Source: Geobacter metallireducens GS-15
GTDB taxonomy: Bacteria > Desulfobacterota > Desulfuromonadia > Geobacterales > Geobacteraceae
Length of the DNA: 32,000 nucleotides
Assembly: GCF_000012925.1 (NCBI RefSeq)
Contig: NC_007517.1
Coordinates: 3,330,001-3,362,000, forward strand
Direction: 5' to 3'
Shown here in pieces: positions 1 through 8,197 of the stretch (position 1 is the stretch's first letter; each line of letters opens with the position of its first letter). A model generated the notes under the pieces. That model saw only the letters and a list, made by a program, of their open reading frames with translations. It was not told the DNA's origin and ran no database searches. Made by a program: the position numbers and the translations under genes.

Positions 1-243
1 CCATGATGGCCTCTACACTTTTCAGGTTCTCGGCCACCTGGGCGGCCAGGACCGACGGATAGCTCTTATTGTTGGCGTAGTAGTAGGTGCAGACCTCGGT
101 GGTGATGGTGAAGCCGGGGGGAACCGGCAGTCCGATCGCGGTCATCTCCGCCAGGTTGGCCCCCTTGCCCCCCAGCAGGTTCTTCATGTCGGCTTTGCCC
201 TCTGCCTTGCCGTTCCCGAAGAAATAGACATACTTTTCAGCCA
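1..243 (-). CDS. ppdK: pyruvate, phosphate dikinase, N-terminal 81 codons (gene runs off the window start)
   Basis: My own translation of the minus strand from the ATG at 243-241 gives MAEKYVYFFGNGKAEGKADMKNLLGGKGANLAEMTAIGLPVPPGFTITTEVC..., which matches the conserved PPDK N-terminus as I recall it. A GAGGAGG ribosome-binding site (RBS) lies 5 nt upstream (250-256 on plus). The ORF is missing from the ORF track because it is truncated by the window edge. Confidence 0.8.
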
Positions 244-362
244 TTGCACTCCTCCTCTGTGGTTGTGACGGTGACACCGCCGTTTACTGAAAGTCAAAAC
301 CCTTCAGCTGCATTAAATGTGATTAAGCGTAACTCAACAGAGATTCAGCCGGACTAAAACAT

Positions 363-393
363 AAAAAAAGCCGCCTAGCGTGGGCTAGGCGGC
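363..393 (-). terminator. Rho-independent terminator downstream of glyS
   Basis: A perfect 10-bp stem (370-379 GCCGCCTAGC pairing with 384-393 GCTAGGCGGC) has a 4-nt loop. On the minus strand it is followed by a run of 7 T (363-369). The glyS TAG stop (385-387) lies inside the stem. Confidence 0.65.
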
Positions 394-2445
394 TATCTTG
401 GCGAAGTCGGCGATGGCGCCGAGCATCCGGGCGATCCCGGTCAGGAGCGCCAGACGGTTGGTCCGGACCCGTTCGTCCTCGGCCATGACCATGACCTTGT
501 CGAAGAAGGTGTCGACGGGTCCCCGCAGGGCGGCGATCTCCGTGAGGGCTTCCAGATAGGCTCCGGTTGCGATCTTTTCGCGCACCGATACGGCAACCCC
601 CTGGACGGCATCGTTGAGGAGCCCCTCGGCGGCGTCCTGGAAGAGAGCCGTATCCACAGGGGCGTCCACCCCTTCCTTCACGATGTTGCCGACCCGCTTG
701 AAGGCCACGGCCAGAGGCTCGAAGTCGGGGTGCGACCTGAACTCCGAAAGGGCCGCGATCCGGGCGGCGGCATCCACGAGATCGGCGCAGCCGGCGGCCA
801 CGGCGGCATCCACCGCGTCGGAGGCATGGCGGTCGGCCATCAGGTTCACGAACCGGCCCCGGAAGAACTCCAGAACGTCGGCCTTCACGTCAACGGCCGG
901 CCGGGTGAGCTTGGCGGCCAGAAGGCCAAGGGCCTTGTCCACCTGCTCCTCCAGGGAGAGGCGGTACCCCTTGTCGAGAATGATATTGATGATCCCCAGG
1001 GCCGAGCGGCGCAGGGCGTAGGGGTCGGCGGAACCGGTGGGGATGAGCCCCACGCCGAAGCAGCCGCAGATGGTGTCCAGCTTGTCGGCCATGGAGACGA
1101 AGGCGCCAATGTCCGACGCCGGCAGCTCGCCCCCCGCCTGGGTCGGGAGGTAGTGCTCGGCGATGGCCGCGGCCACCTCGGCGTCCTCCCCCTCGATGAG
1201 GGCGTACTCGCGCCCCATGATCCCCTGCACCTCGGGGAACTCACCCACCATGCCGGAGACGAGATCCGCCTTGCAGAGGAACGCGGCCTGGGAAACCTTC
1301 ACTTTCACCGCCGGGTTCAGGAGGTCGGCAAGTCCCTCGGCCAAGGCACGGAACCGCTCCATCTTTTCAAAGGAGGTGCCGAGCTTTTGCTGGTAGACCA
1401 CGTTCTTCAGGGACTCCACCCGGGTCTCCAGCTTGACCTTCTGGTCCTCCTCGAAGAAGAAACGGGCATCGGAGAGCCGGGCCCTGAGCACCCGCTCGTT
1501 CCCCTTGACCACCACGGTGGGATCCTCGGTGAGGGTGTTGTTGATGGTGATGAAACCGGGCATGAGCTTACCGGCGTCGTCGACAATGGAGAAGTAACGC
1601 TGGTGGCTCCGCATGGAGGTGATGAGAACCTCCCGGGGAACCTTCAGGAACTCGGCGGAAAAGGTGCCGTGAACCGCGCTCGGGTACTCGCAGAGGAAGG
1701 AGACCTCCTCCAGAAGCCCCTCGTCGGGGAGAAGATGCCCGCCGGCGGCCTTGGCAACCCGGTGGATCTCCCGCCGGATGATCTCCTGTCTCCGTTCCGG
1801 GTCGGGAATGACGAAGTGGCGCTCGCACTCCTCCAGATAGTGGGCAAAGTCCCGCACCGGGAAGGGCTGGTTGGCCATGAAGCGGTGCCCCCGGGAAATG
1901 GTGCCGCTTTCGATGTTCCCGAAGGTGAAGGGAACCACGACGCCGTCAAAGAGGGCCACGATCCAGTGGATGGGGCGGGCGAAGCGGACGTCGAGAGCAC
2001 CCCAGCGCATGGACTTGCGGAAAGGGATATTCGCAACAAGCCGCGGCAGGATCTCGGCCAGGAGCTCCGGCACGGGGCGACCGCTCTCCTTGCGGACGGC
2101 GGCCACGTACTCACCCTTTTCAGTGGCGACGAGGGTGAGGGACGCCACGTCCACCCCCTGCCCCCGGGCAAACCCTTCGGCAGCCCTGGTGGGTTTTCCT
2201 TCGGCGTCGAAGGCTACGTTCCTGGCCGGCCCCATGGCAGTGATCTCCGCATCGGGCTGGACCGTCGGAAGACCCTTCACCGTCAGGGCCAGGCGACGGG
2301 GGGTGCCGAGGGTCCGGATGTCGTCGAAGGAGATGCGGGCATTCTCAAGCTCCTTCGCCAGCAGGGCCTCCATATCGGCCATGGCCTTCGGGATGAAGCC
2401 CGCCGGGATCTCTTCGGTGCCTATCTCAAGGAACAACTCTTTCAT
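385..2445 (-). CDS. glyS: glycine--tRNA ligase beta subunit
   Basis: The 686-aa ORF begins MKELFLEIGTEEIPAGFIP, typical of GlyS, with conserved blocks throughout. Its ATG lies 1 nt after the glyQ stop (TAGCATG), the classical glyQS arrangement. Confidence 0.95.
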   Translation of the reverse strand: MKELFLEIGTEEIPAGFIPKAMADMEALLAKELENARISFDDIRTLGTPRRLALTVKGLPTVQPDAEITAMGPARNVAFDAEGKPTRAAEGFARGQGVDVASLTLVATEKGEYVAAVRKESGRPVPELLAEILPRLVANIPFRKSMRWGALDVRFARPIHWIVALFDGVVVPFTFGNIESGTISRGHRFMANQPFPVRDFAHYLEECERHFVIPDPERRQEIIRREIHRVAKAAGGHLLPDEGLLEEVSFLCEYPSAVHGTFSAEFLKVPREVLITSMRSHQRYFSIVDDAGKLMPGFITINNTLTEDPTVVVKGNERVLRARLSDARFFFEEDQKVKLETRVESLKNVVYQQKLGTSFEKMERFRALAEGLADLLNPAVKVKVSQAAFLCKADLVSGMVGEFPEVQGIMGREYALIEGEDAEVAAAIAEHYLPTQAGGELPASDIGAFVSMADKLDTICGCFGVGLIPTGSADPYALRRSALGIINIILDKGYRLSLEEQVDKALGLLAAKLTRPAVDVKADVLEFFRGRFVNLMADRHASDAVDAAVAAGCADLVDAAARIAALSEFRSHPDFEPLAVAFKRVGNIVKEGVDAPVDTALFQDAAEGLLNDAVQGVAVSVREKIATGAYLEALTEIAALRGPVDTFFDKVMVMAEDERVRTNRLALLTGIARMLGAIADFAKIAA

Positions 2446-2446
2446 G

Positions 2447-3322
<876 letters not shown>

Positions 3323-3425
3323 AACGGCTCCTCCGTCGGCAGAAAAATGAGAGTTCTTTACCCGTTATAAACAGTGTTTGATGAAACTTAAAAACAGTCC
3401 AAGTTACGGGCAATTAGAGTCGGAA

Positions 3426-3454
3426 AGATTACATTGTCCGGCGGGTCGTGTCAA
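3426..3454 (-). promoter_or_regulatory. putative sigma70-type promoter for glyQS
   Basis: The minus strand reads TTGACA (3454-3449), a 17-nt spacer, then TAATCT (3431-3426). It starts 4 nt downstream of the recO stop and about 100 nt upstream of the glyQ start. This is a motif match only. Confidence 0.4.
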
Positions 3455-3457
3455 GGA

Positions 3458-4192
3458 TTAATCGGGTTCAATCTGTTTCAGAAAGGCGAGAGAGTTGAGG
3501 GGACGGGTGAGGTGGGCGGCAATGGCGCCGTCCAGGAGGGTACCGGCCTCCCGCAGGGACTGAGGGGAGAAGAGCACAGCCCCGAACCGCCCCGTGGCGA
3601 TGCATCGGCCCAGGAGCGCCGCGGCTTCCGGCCCGACCGATGCGCCGTACCGACCGCAATTGGCACAGAGGATCATCCCCGATGCTCCGGTGCGCCGCTC
3701 GGCAGTTGCCGGAAGCTCCACGCCGCAGGAGGCGCAATGGTCCAGAGATATCCGGTAGCCGAGGATATTGAGGAAGTTGGCCTCGAAGAAGCGGCGGTCC
3801 GACGGCAGCGGTTCCCCCTGGTCGAGCCGCTCCAGATAGGAGGACAGAAGCCGGAAGAGCCGGGGGCTCGGCGCCCCGTCGGGAAGGTAGCGGTCCACGA
3901 GCTCCACGGCGTAGCCGGCGAGGCCGATGGCGCGGAGGTCACGCCGGATGCCGGGATAGAGGGTGACGATATCGGCCCCCCGGAGCGAGGAGAGCCCTTC
4001 CCGCACCACCAGCTCCACGCCGATGCGGGCGAAGGGCTCCAGGGCCGGGCCGAAGCGGCGGGCGCTCCGCTTGGCCCCCTTTGCCACCCCCCGCACCTTT
4101 CCGTACTGAAGCGTGAAGAGGGTGACGATGCGGTCGCTCTCCCGGTAGTCCATGGCGGCGAGAACGATGGCTTCGGTGCGGGTCGATTCCAT
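3458..4192 (-). CDS. recO: DNA repair protein RecO
   Basis: The product MESTRTEAIVLAAMDYRESDRIVTLFTLQYGKVRGVAKGAKRS... has a typical RecO OB-fold N-terminus, and the C-terminal half carries CxxC...CxxC (CASCG...CANCG). I prefer the ATG at 4192 over the TTG at 4201 used by the ORF track. Confidence 0.9.
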   Translation of the reverse strand: MESTRTEAIVLAAMDYRESDRIVTLFTLQYGKVRGVAKGAKRSARRFGPALEPFARIGVELVVREGLSSLRGADIVTLYPGIRRDLRAIGLAGYAVELVDRYLPDGAPSPRLFRLLSSYLERLDQGEPLPSDRRFFEANFLNILGYRISLDHCASCGVELPATAERRTGASGMILCANCGRYGASVGPEAAALLGRCIATGRFGAVLFSPQSLREAGTLLDGAIAAHLTRPLNSLAFLKQIEPD

Positions 4193-4269
4193 GGCGCACA
4201 AGGTAGCACCGGATTGCGCCCTCCGTCAACGGCAGCCACAACATTGGACGGAAATAATACTCTCCCCTC

Positions 4270-4297
4270 TTGACCGGGCCGGTCGGACCATGATACT
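4270..4297 (+). promoter_or_regulatory. possible sigma70-type promoter of the porin gene
   Basis: TTGACC (4270-4275), a 16-nt spacer, then GATACT (4292-4297). This would give a leader of about 190 nt. The evidence is weak and motif-only. Confidence 0.3.
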
Positions 4298-4495
4298 TGA
4301 AAAAGACTTTCATTTTTAAGCATAACCTGCGTCGAGTCGGGCTTTTTTTGCAAATCCATCAGCCGTACCCGTACAGGGGGCAGTGCGTCACCTGCATGAA
4401 TATGAATTTCAATTTCTTGCATTTCATCTGGTGGAAGTCCTTCGCCGAACGGCGGAGCTTTTCACCATGCACACCATCACAGGAGGAATCGCACC

Positions 4496-5758
4496 ATGAA
4501 GAAACGCTTCATCATTCCCACAACCGCATCGTTCCTGCTCGCTGCCGCCACCCTGGCAAGCGCGGCCACGGTGGACGAACTGCAACACCAGCTCGATGAT
4601 CTGAGCGGCCAGATCAAGGCGCTCCAGGCGGAAAAGGCCCAAAAACCGGCGGCAGCGCCCGCCCCTCAGGGTGAGGGGTACCTGAAAACTGTCTGGGACC
4701 GGACACGGATCGGCGGCTACGGCGAGCTCGACTACATCATGAAGAGCGACAACGGCAACGGCAAGGGGGGGAATACCTTCGACCCGCACCGCTTCGTCCT
4801 CTACGTCAACTCTGATCTGGCCGACTGGATCACCCTCAACGCGGAGCTTGAGTGGGAGCATAGCGGGGTCAACGATGAAGTAAAAGGCGACGAACTCTCC
4901 GGGGAAGTGGTCGTCGAGCAGGCGTTTCTCGACTTCAAACTGTTCCGCCCCCTCAACGTAAAGGCAGGGATCATGCTCGTGCCGGTGGGGGCCATCAACC
5001 TCTACCATGAGCCCACCAACTTCAACTCCTCCGAACGGCCCGACCTGGACAAGTACCTGATCCCCTCCACCTGGAGGGAGATGGGAATCGGCATCCACGG
5101 CTCCCTGGGGGACCGGGCCGATTACCAGCTCCTCGTCATGAACGGTCTTGACGGCAAGGAATTTTCCGCCAAAAACGGCCTGCGCGATGGCCGCCAGGAC
5201 ATGAACAAAGACAACAACCGGGGAAAGGCGCTTACGGGCCGACTCGAATTGCGCCCCGTCACCAACCTCTACACCAACTTCTCCTTCTACACGGCCAACT
5301 CGGCGCCCAAGGGGTCGGACAACGCCTACACCACTATTCTGGCCTTTGACGGCAAGTACCGCATCAGCGACTTCGAGATCGCCGGTGAATACGTCCAGGT
5401 AATCCAGGACAAACCGGGGCTCCTGGCAAGCGACATCGGCCACCGGATGTCGGGCTACTGGGTCGAGGGGGCCTACCACCTGATGCCCGCCGCCCTGAAA
5501 ACCGGAAAACTCGCCGAGGCCGACCTGGTCGCCTTTGCCCGTTACTCGGAATTCGACACCCAGCAGGGGAGCATCGCCGACCCCACCAAGGCAAGCGGCA
5601 AATACGACCGGAATTACACCAATTTCGGTTTCTCCTTCAAGCCCGTTCCCACCGTCGCCATCAAGGCCGACTACCAGATTTACGACGATCACCGCAGCGG
5701 GGGCGAGAAACCGCTGGACAACGACAAATTCCAGGTAACCCTCGGTTTTGTCTTCTAG
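4496..5758 (+). CDS. outer-membrane porin with N-terminal coiled-coil segment
   Basis: A strong RBS (AGGAGG) lies 8 nt upstream of the start. The product has a signal peptide (MKKRFIIPTTASFLLAAATLASA), a heptad-like segment (VDELQHQLDDLSGQIKALQAEKAQ) and a Pro/Ala linker. A long region of alternating beta-strand pattern then ends in ...FQVTLGFVF, with a terminal aromatic residue typical of OM beta-barrels. Confidence 0.7.
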   Translation: MKKRFIIPTTASFLLAAATLASAATVDELQHQLDDLSGQIKALQAEKAQKPAAAPAPQGEGYLKTVWDRTRIGGYGELDYIMKSDNGNGKGGNTFDPHRFVLYVNSDLADWITLNAELEWEHSGVNDEVKGDELSGEVVVEQAFLDFKLFRPLNVKAGIMLVPVGAINLYHEPTNFNSSERPDLDKYLIPSTWREMGIGIHGSLGDRADYQLLVMNGLDGKEFSAKNGLRDGRQDMNKDNNRGKALTGRLELRPVTNLYTNFSFYTANSAPKGSDNAYTTILAFDGKYRISDFEIAGEYVQVIQDKPGLLASDIGHRMSGYWVEGAYHLMPAALKTGKLAEADLVAFARYSEFDTQQGSIADPTKASGKYDRNYTNFGFSFKPVPTVAIKADYQIYDDHRSGGEKPLDNDKFQVTLGFVF

Positions 5759-5770
5759 CAGACCTAAAAA

Positions 5771-5804
5771 GCAAAGGGCGCCCGGCCATCCGGACGCCCT
5801 TTGC
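5771..5804. terminator. bidirectional hairpin terminator between convergent genes
   Basis: A 10-bp stem (GCAAAGGGCG at 5771-5780 pairing with CGCCCTTTGC at 5795-5804) is flanked by AAAAA on the left and TTATT on the right. It lies between the porin stop and the TPR gene stop. Confidence 0.6.
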
Positions 5805-5817
5805 TTATTCTCCCCGT

Positions 5818-6261
5818 CTACCGCAGCCTGAGCCGCGCCAGGAGCTTCCCCACATACTTGTTGAGGGGATGATTGCGATGGAGCCGTCGGAAGGGCGGCT
5901 GCTTCCGGGTGCCGATCCGGTTCAGTTCGGCAACGGCCTCCTCCCCGGCCCCGCGCCGTACCCCCTCGCGCAGGACCTCCACCGCATCCATCCTCATGCC
6001 GGCCAACTGATAGATGCGGCCAAGGTTCTGATAGAGGAGCGGATTGTGGGGCTCACGGGCAATGGACTCCCGGGCCAGCGCAATGGCGTCGCTGAACTTC
6101 CCGCGGGTTTTCGCCTGACAAAGGGCAAGGTACGAACTGGCGGCGGGATGCTGATTCACCCGAGCAACGTGCTCGAAACAGCTCCGCGCCAGATAGACCT
6201 GGTCATGCCCCAGGGCCTCTACCCCCCGCTCAAACCATTCTTCAACACGTGACGTTTCCAT
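5818..6261 (-). CDS. TPR-repeat protein
   Basis: The 147-aa ORF has tetratricopeptide-like helical repeats (...AASSYLALCQAKTRGKFSDAIALARESIAREPHNPLLYQNLGRIYQLAGMRMDAVEVL...). Its ATG is at 6261. Confidence 0.65.
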   Translation of the reverse strand: METSRVEEWFERGVEALGHDQVYLARSCFEHVARVNQHPAASSYLALCQAKTRGKFSDAIALARESIAREPHNPLLYQNLGRIYQLAGMRMDAVEVLREGVRRGAGEEAVAELNRIGTRKQPPFRRLHRNHPLNKYVGKLLARLRLR

Positions 6262-6578
6262 GATGCGCCTCGCGGTTCCGTTGCAACCCTGACAGAACTT
6301 GATTCAACCTGCCTAATTCAAGATTCAAGCCAGCGATATAACGATATCTCCCAACCCGCCAAACGCCTCAAAATCATTACAACTAGCTAAAAAATAAATC
6401 CATTATCACTACTAAGCATTAACAAATTGCGACAACTGCTCAGCTATTTGGCAACAAAAAAGTCCTACAGATACAAACCACGGCCCCACCACCAGCCCCC
6501 CCGTCCCCCGGTCGGGTACCGGCACTTCAGTGAGGTGAAGGGGCACTCTCCGGCCCGTCGAAGATCATCGCACGCATG

Positions 6579-7715
6579 TCATACCTCCACGTACCGCCTG
6601 AGTTCCCGCCGGAACCGCGCTTCGTCCTCGAACACGATCCCCCGCACCCCCCGGCTTTCGGCCCGCACCACGTTGGCGAGCATGTCGTCCACGAAGAGGG
6701 CCTGCCGAGGTTCGATGCCGAGCTCCCGGGCCACGTCGTCGAAGAGGGACGGATCCCGCTTCCCCTTGCCGAGCCGGTAGCTGTTGAAGACCCGGTCGAA
6801 CTCCCGGAAAAAGCCGTCGCGCCGGTCGAGCCATTCGAGCCAATCGGTCTGGTCGCTGACGATGGCGGTGATGTACCCCTTCGCCCGCAGGGCCCGGACG
6901 AGCTCCAGCATCCCGGGGCGGAGGACGAAGCGGTCGAGGATGAGGGCCGACAACTCCCGGGCGCTCCCCCGCAGGCCGGCCTGTTCCCGCATCCGGCGCC
7001 AGAACGCGGTCTCGCTCCCCTTCCCGAGGACATAGCCGCTCCCGTAGACTGCCTCCATGCCGGCACCATGCACCGCGATGGGGTCGAGCCCCTGGCGGCG
7101 GGCGATCTCGAAGAGCCCTTCCCGGAACCCCTCTTCGGCCAGCACCCCGCCGTAGTCGAAGAGGACCGCCCGGATTACCGGCTCCCCGAGCCGCACCCGG
7201 AAGAGGGTCTGCCACCGTCTGACATCGCTCCAGCCGGTGATCGAGTCCGGGGTCACGATCTTCACCTCGTCGAAACGGATCTCCTCCCGGTCCAGGGCGA
7301 CGGTGCGGGCCGCCATCTCCTTTTCCGCCAGGGGCATGTCGGCGTAGAGGAGCGAGAGGTGCGGCATGAGCACGTACCCCGAATCCCGGGCCACCGCCCC
7401 TTTCACCCCCTCGTGGAGCCGGCGCAGGCGGGGTTCCTCTTCGAAGGAAACAAAGAGGGTCTTGAAATATTCCTCGGTCACGCCAAGCCCTGACACCCGC
7501 AGGGTAATGGGCCCTCCCTCTGCCGCGGCCTCGGCAAGAACCTGGCGTACCGGCTCCAGCTCCCCATCATCGACGCAGGAACCGCCGTAGACCGTCACGT
7601 GGGGCTCGAAGGGAGGTGTGTCGTAGCGGGCGGCAAGCTCGGCGATCACCCCCTGGGCCCAGCGGCGGTCATCGGATGCAGGTACGAGAAAGACGGAAAA
7701 GCGGCGTTCGGTCAT
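6579..7715 (-). CDS. fusion protein: N-terminal 2H (cyclic) phosphoesterase-like domain plus C-terminal HAD-family hydrolase
   Basis: The N-terminal half carries two H-x-T/S-x motifs (PHVTVYG and PHLSLLY), the 2H-superfamily signature. The C-terminal half carries HAD motifs (VLFDYGGVL, IVSDQT, FVDD). I place the start at the ATG at 7715 (MTERRFSVFLVP) because it overlaps the folA stop as ATGA. The ORF-track start at 7787 would overlap folA. Confidence 0.7.
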   Translation of the reverse strand: MTERRFSVFLVPASDDRRWAQGVIAELAARYDTPPFEPHVTVYGGSCVDDGELEPVRQVLAEAAAEGGPITLRVSGLGVTEEYFKTLFVSFEEEPRLRRLHEGVKGAVARDSGYVLMPHLSLLYADMPLAEKEMAARTVALDREEIRFDEVKIVTPDSITGWSDVRRWQTLFRVRLGEPVIRAVLFDYGGVLAEEGFREGLFEIARRQGLDPIAVHGAGMEAVYGSGYVLGKGSETAFWRRMREQAGLRGSARELSALILDRFVLRPGMLELVRALRAKGYITAIVSDQTDWLEWLDRRDGFFREFDRVFNSYRLGKGKRDPSLFDDVARELGIEPRQALFVDDMLANVVRAESRGVRGIVFEDEARFRRELRRYVEV

Positions 7716-8197
7716 GGCGTCGACCCCCTCCGCCGCTCGAAGGTGATGAAGGAGTGAGGCGGCTTCCCCTCCCCATGCTCCCGGCACGTTTCCTCGAAAT
7801 CGGCGGGAAGCTCGGGAAAGGTGGTGTCCCCTCCGTAAGCACGGTGAATAACGGTGAGGTGGATGCGGTCGGCCAGCGGCAACGCCTCCCGGTAGACCTC
7901 ACCGCCGCCGCAGATGAAGACTTCTCCGGCGGTCCCCGCAAGGATCAAGGCCTCGGCAAGGGTCCGGGCAACGGTCACCCCTGAGGGGGCATACCCCGCC
8001 TGCCGGGTGAGGACGATATTCAGCCGCCCCGGCAGGGGACGACCGATGGATTCGAAGGTCTTTCGCCCCATGACGACCGGATGCCCCATGGTGATGGCCT
8101 TGAAGCGGGCGAGATCGTCGGGGAGGTGCCACGGCATGGCGCCCTCCTTCCCGATGACCCGGTTCCCGGCCATGGCCGCAATGATGGTGACGATCAT
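7712..8197 (-). CDS. folA: dihydrofolate reductase
   Basis: The product is MIVTIIAAMAGNRVIGKEGAMPWHLPDDLARFKAITMGHPVVMGRKTFESIGRPLPGRLNIVLTR...GGGEVY, a canonical DHFR of 161 aa. The ATG at 8197 overlaps the cstA stop as ATGA. The 70-codon upstream extension in the ORF track lies inside cstA. Confidence 0.9.
   Translation of the reverse strand: MIVTIIAAMAGNRVIGKEGAMPWHLPDDLARFKAITMGHPVVMGRKTFESIGRPLPGRLNIVLTRQAGYAPSGVTVARTLAEALILAGTAGEVFICGGGEVYREALPLADRIHLTVIHRAYGGDTTFPELPADFEETCREHGEGKPPHSFITFERRRGSTP

Noticed and set aside
4298-4495. Riboswitch (for example the GEMM-type cyclic-dinucleotide class common in Geobacter) in the porin leader
   Set aside because: I could not find the conserved GEMM-I core segments (such as GCAAACC and ACGCAAAGC in paired stems) or any other riboswitch core I know. 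The question stays open pending an Infernal scan.
4424-5692. 422-aa ORF antisense to the porin gene
   Set aside because: This is the same artefact: the composition (V/G/D/E/P runs) mirrors the porin codons, and the porin itself has a signal peptide, an RBS and a barrel signature.
6440-6470. Sigma-54 promoter at TTGGCAACAAAAAAGTCC, and similar TGGC/TTGC strings near 6270-6330
   Set aside because: No correctly spaced GG-N10-GC pair (TGGCAC-N5-TTGC) is present on either strand.
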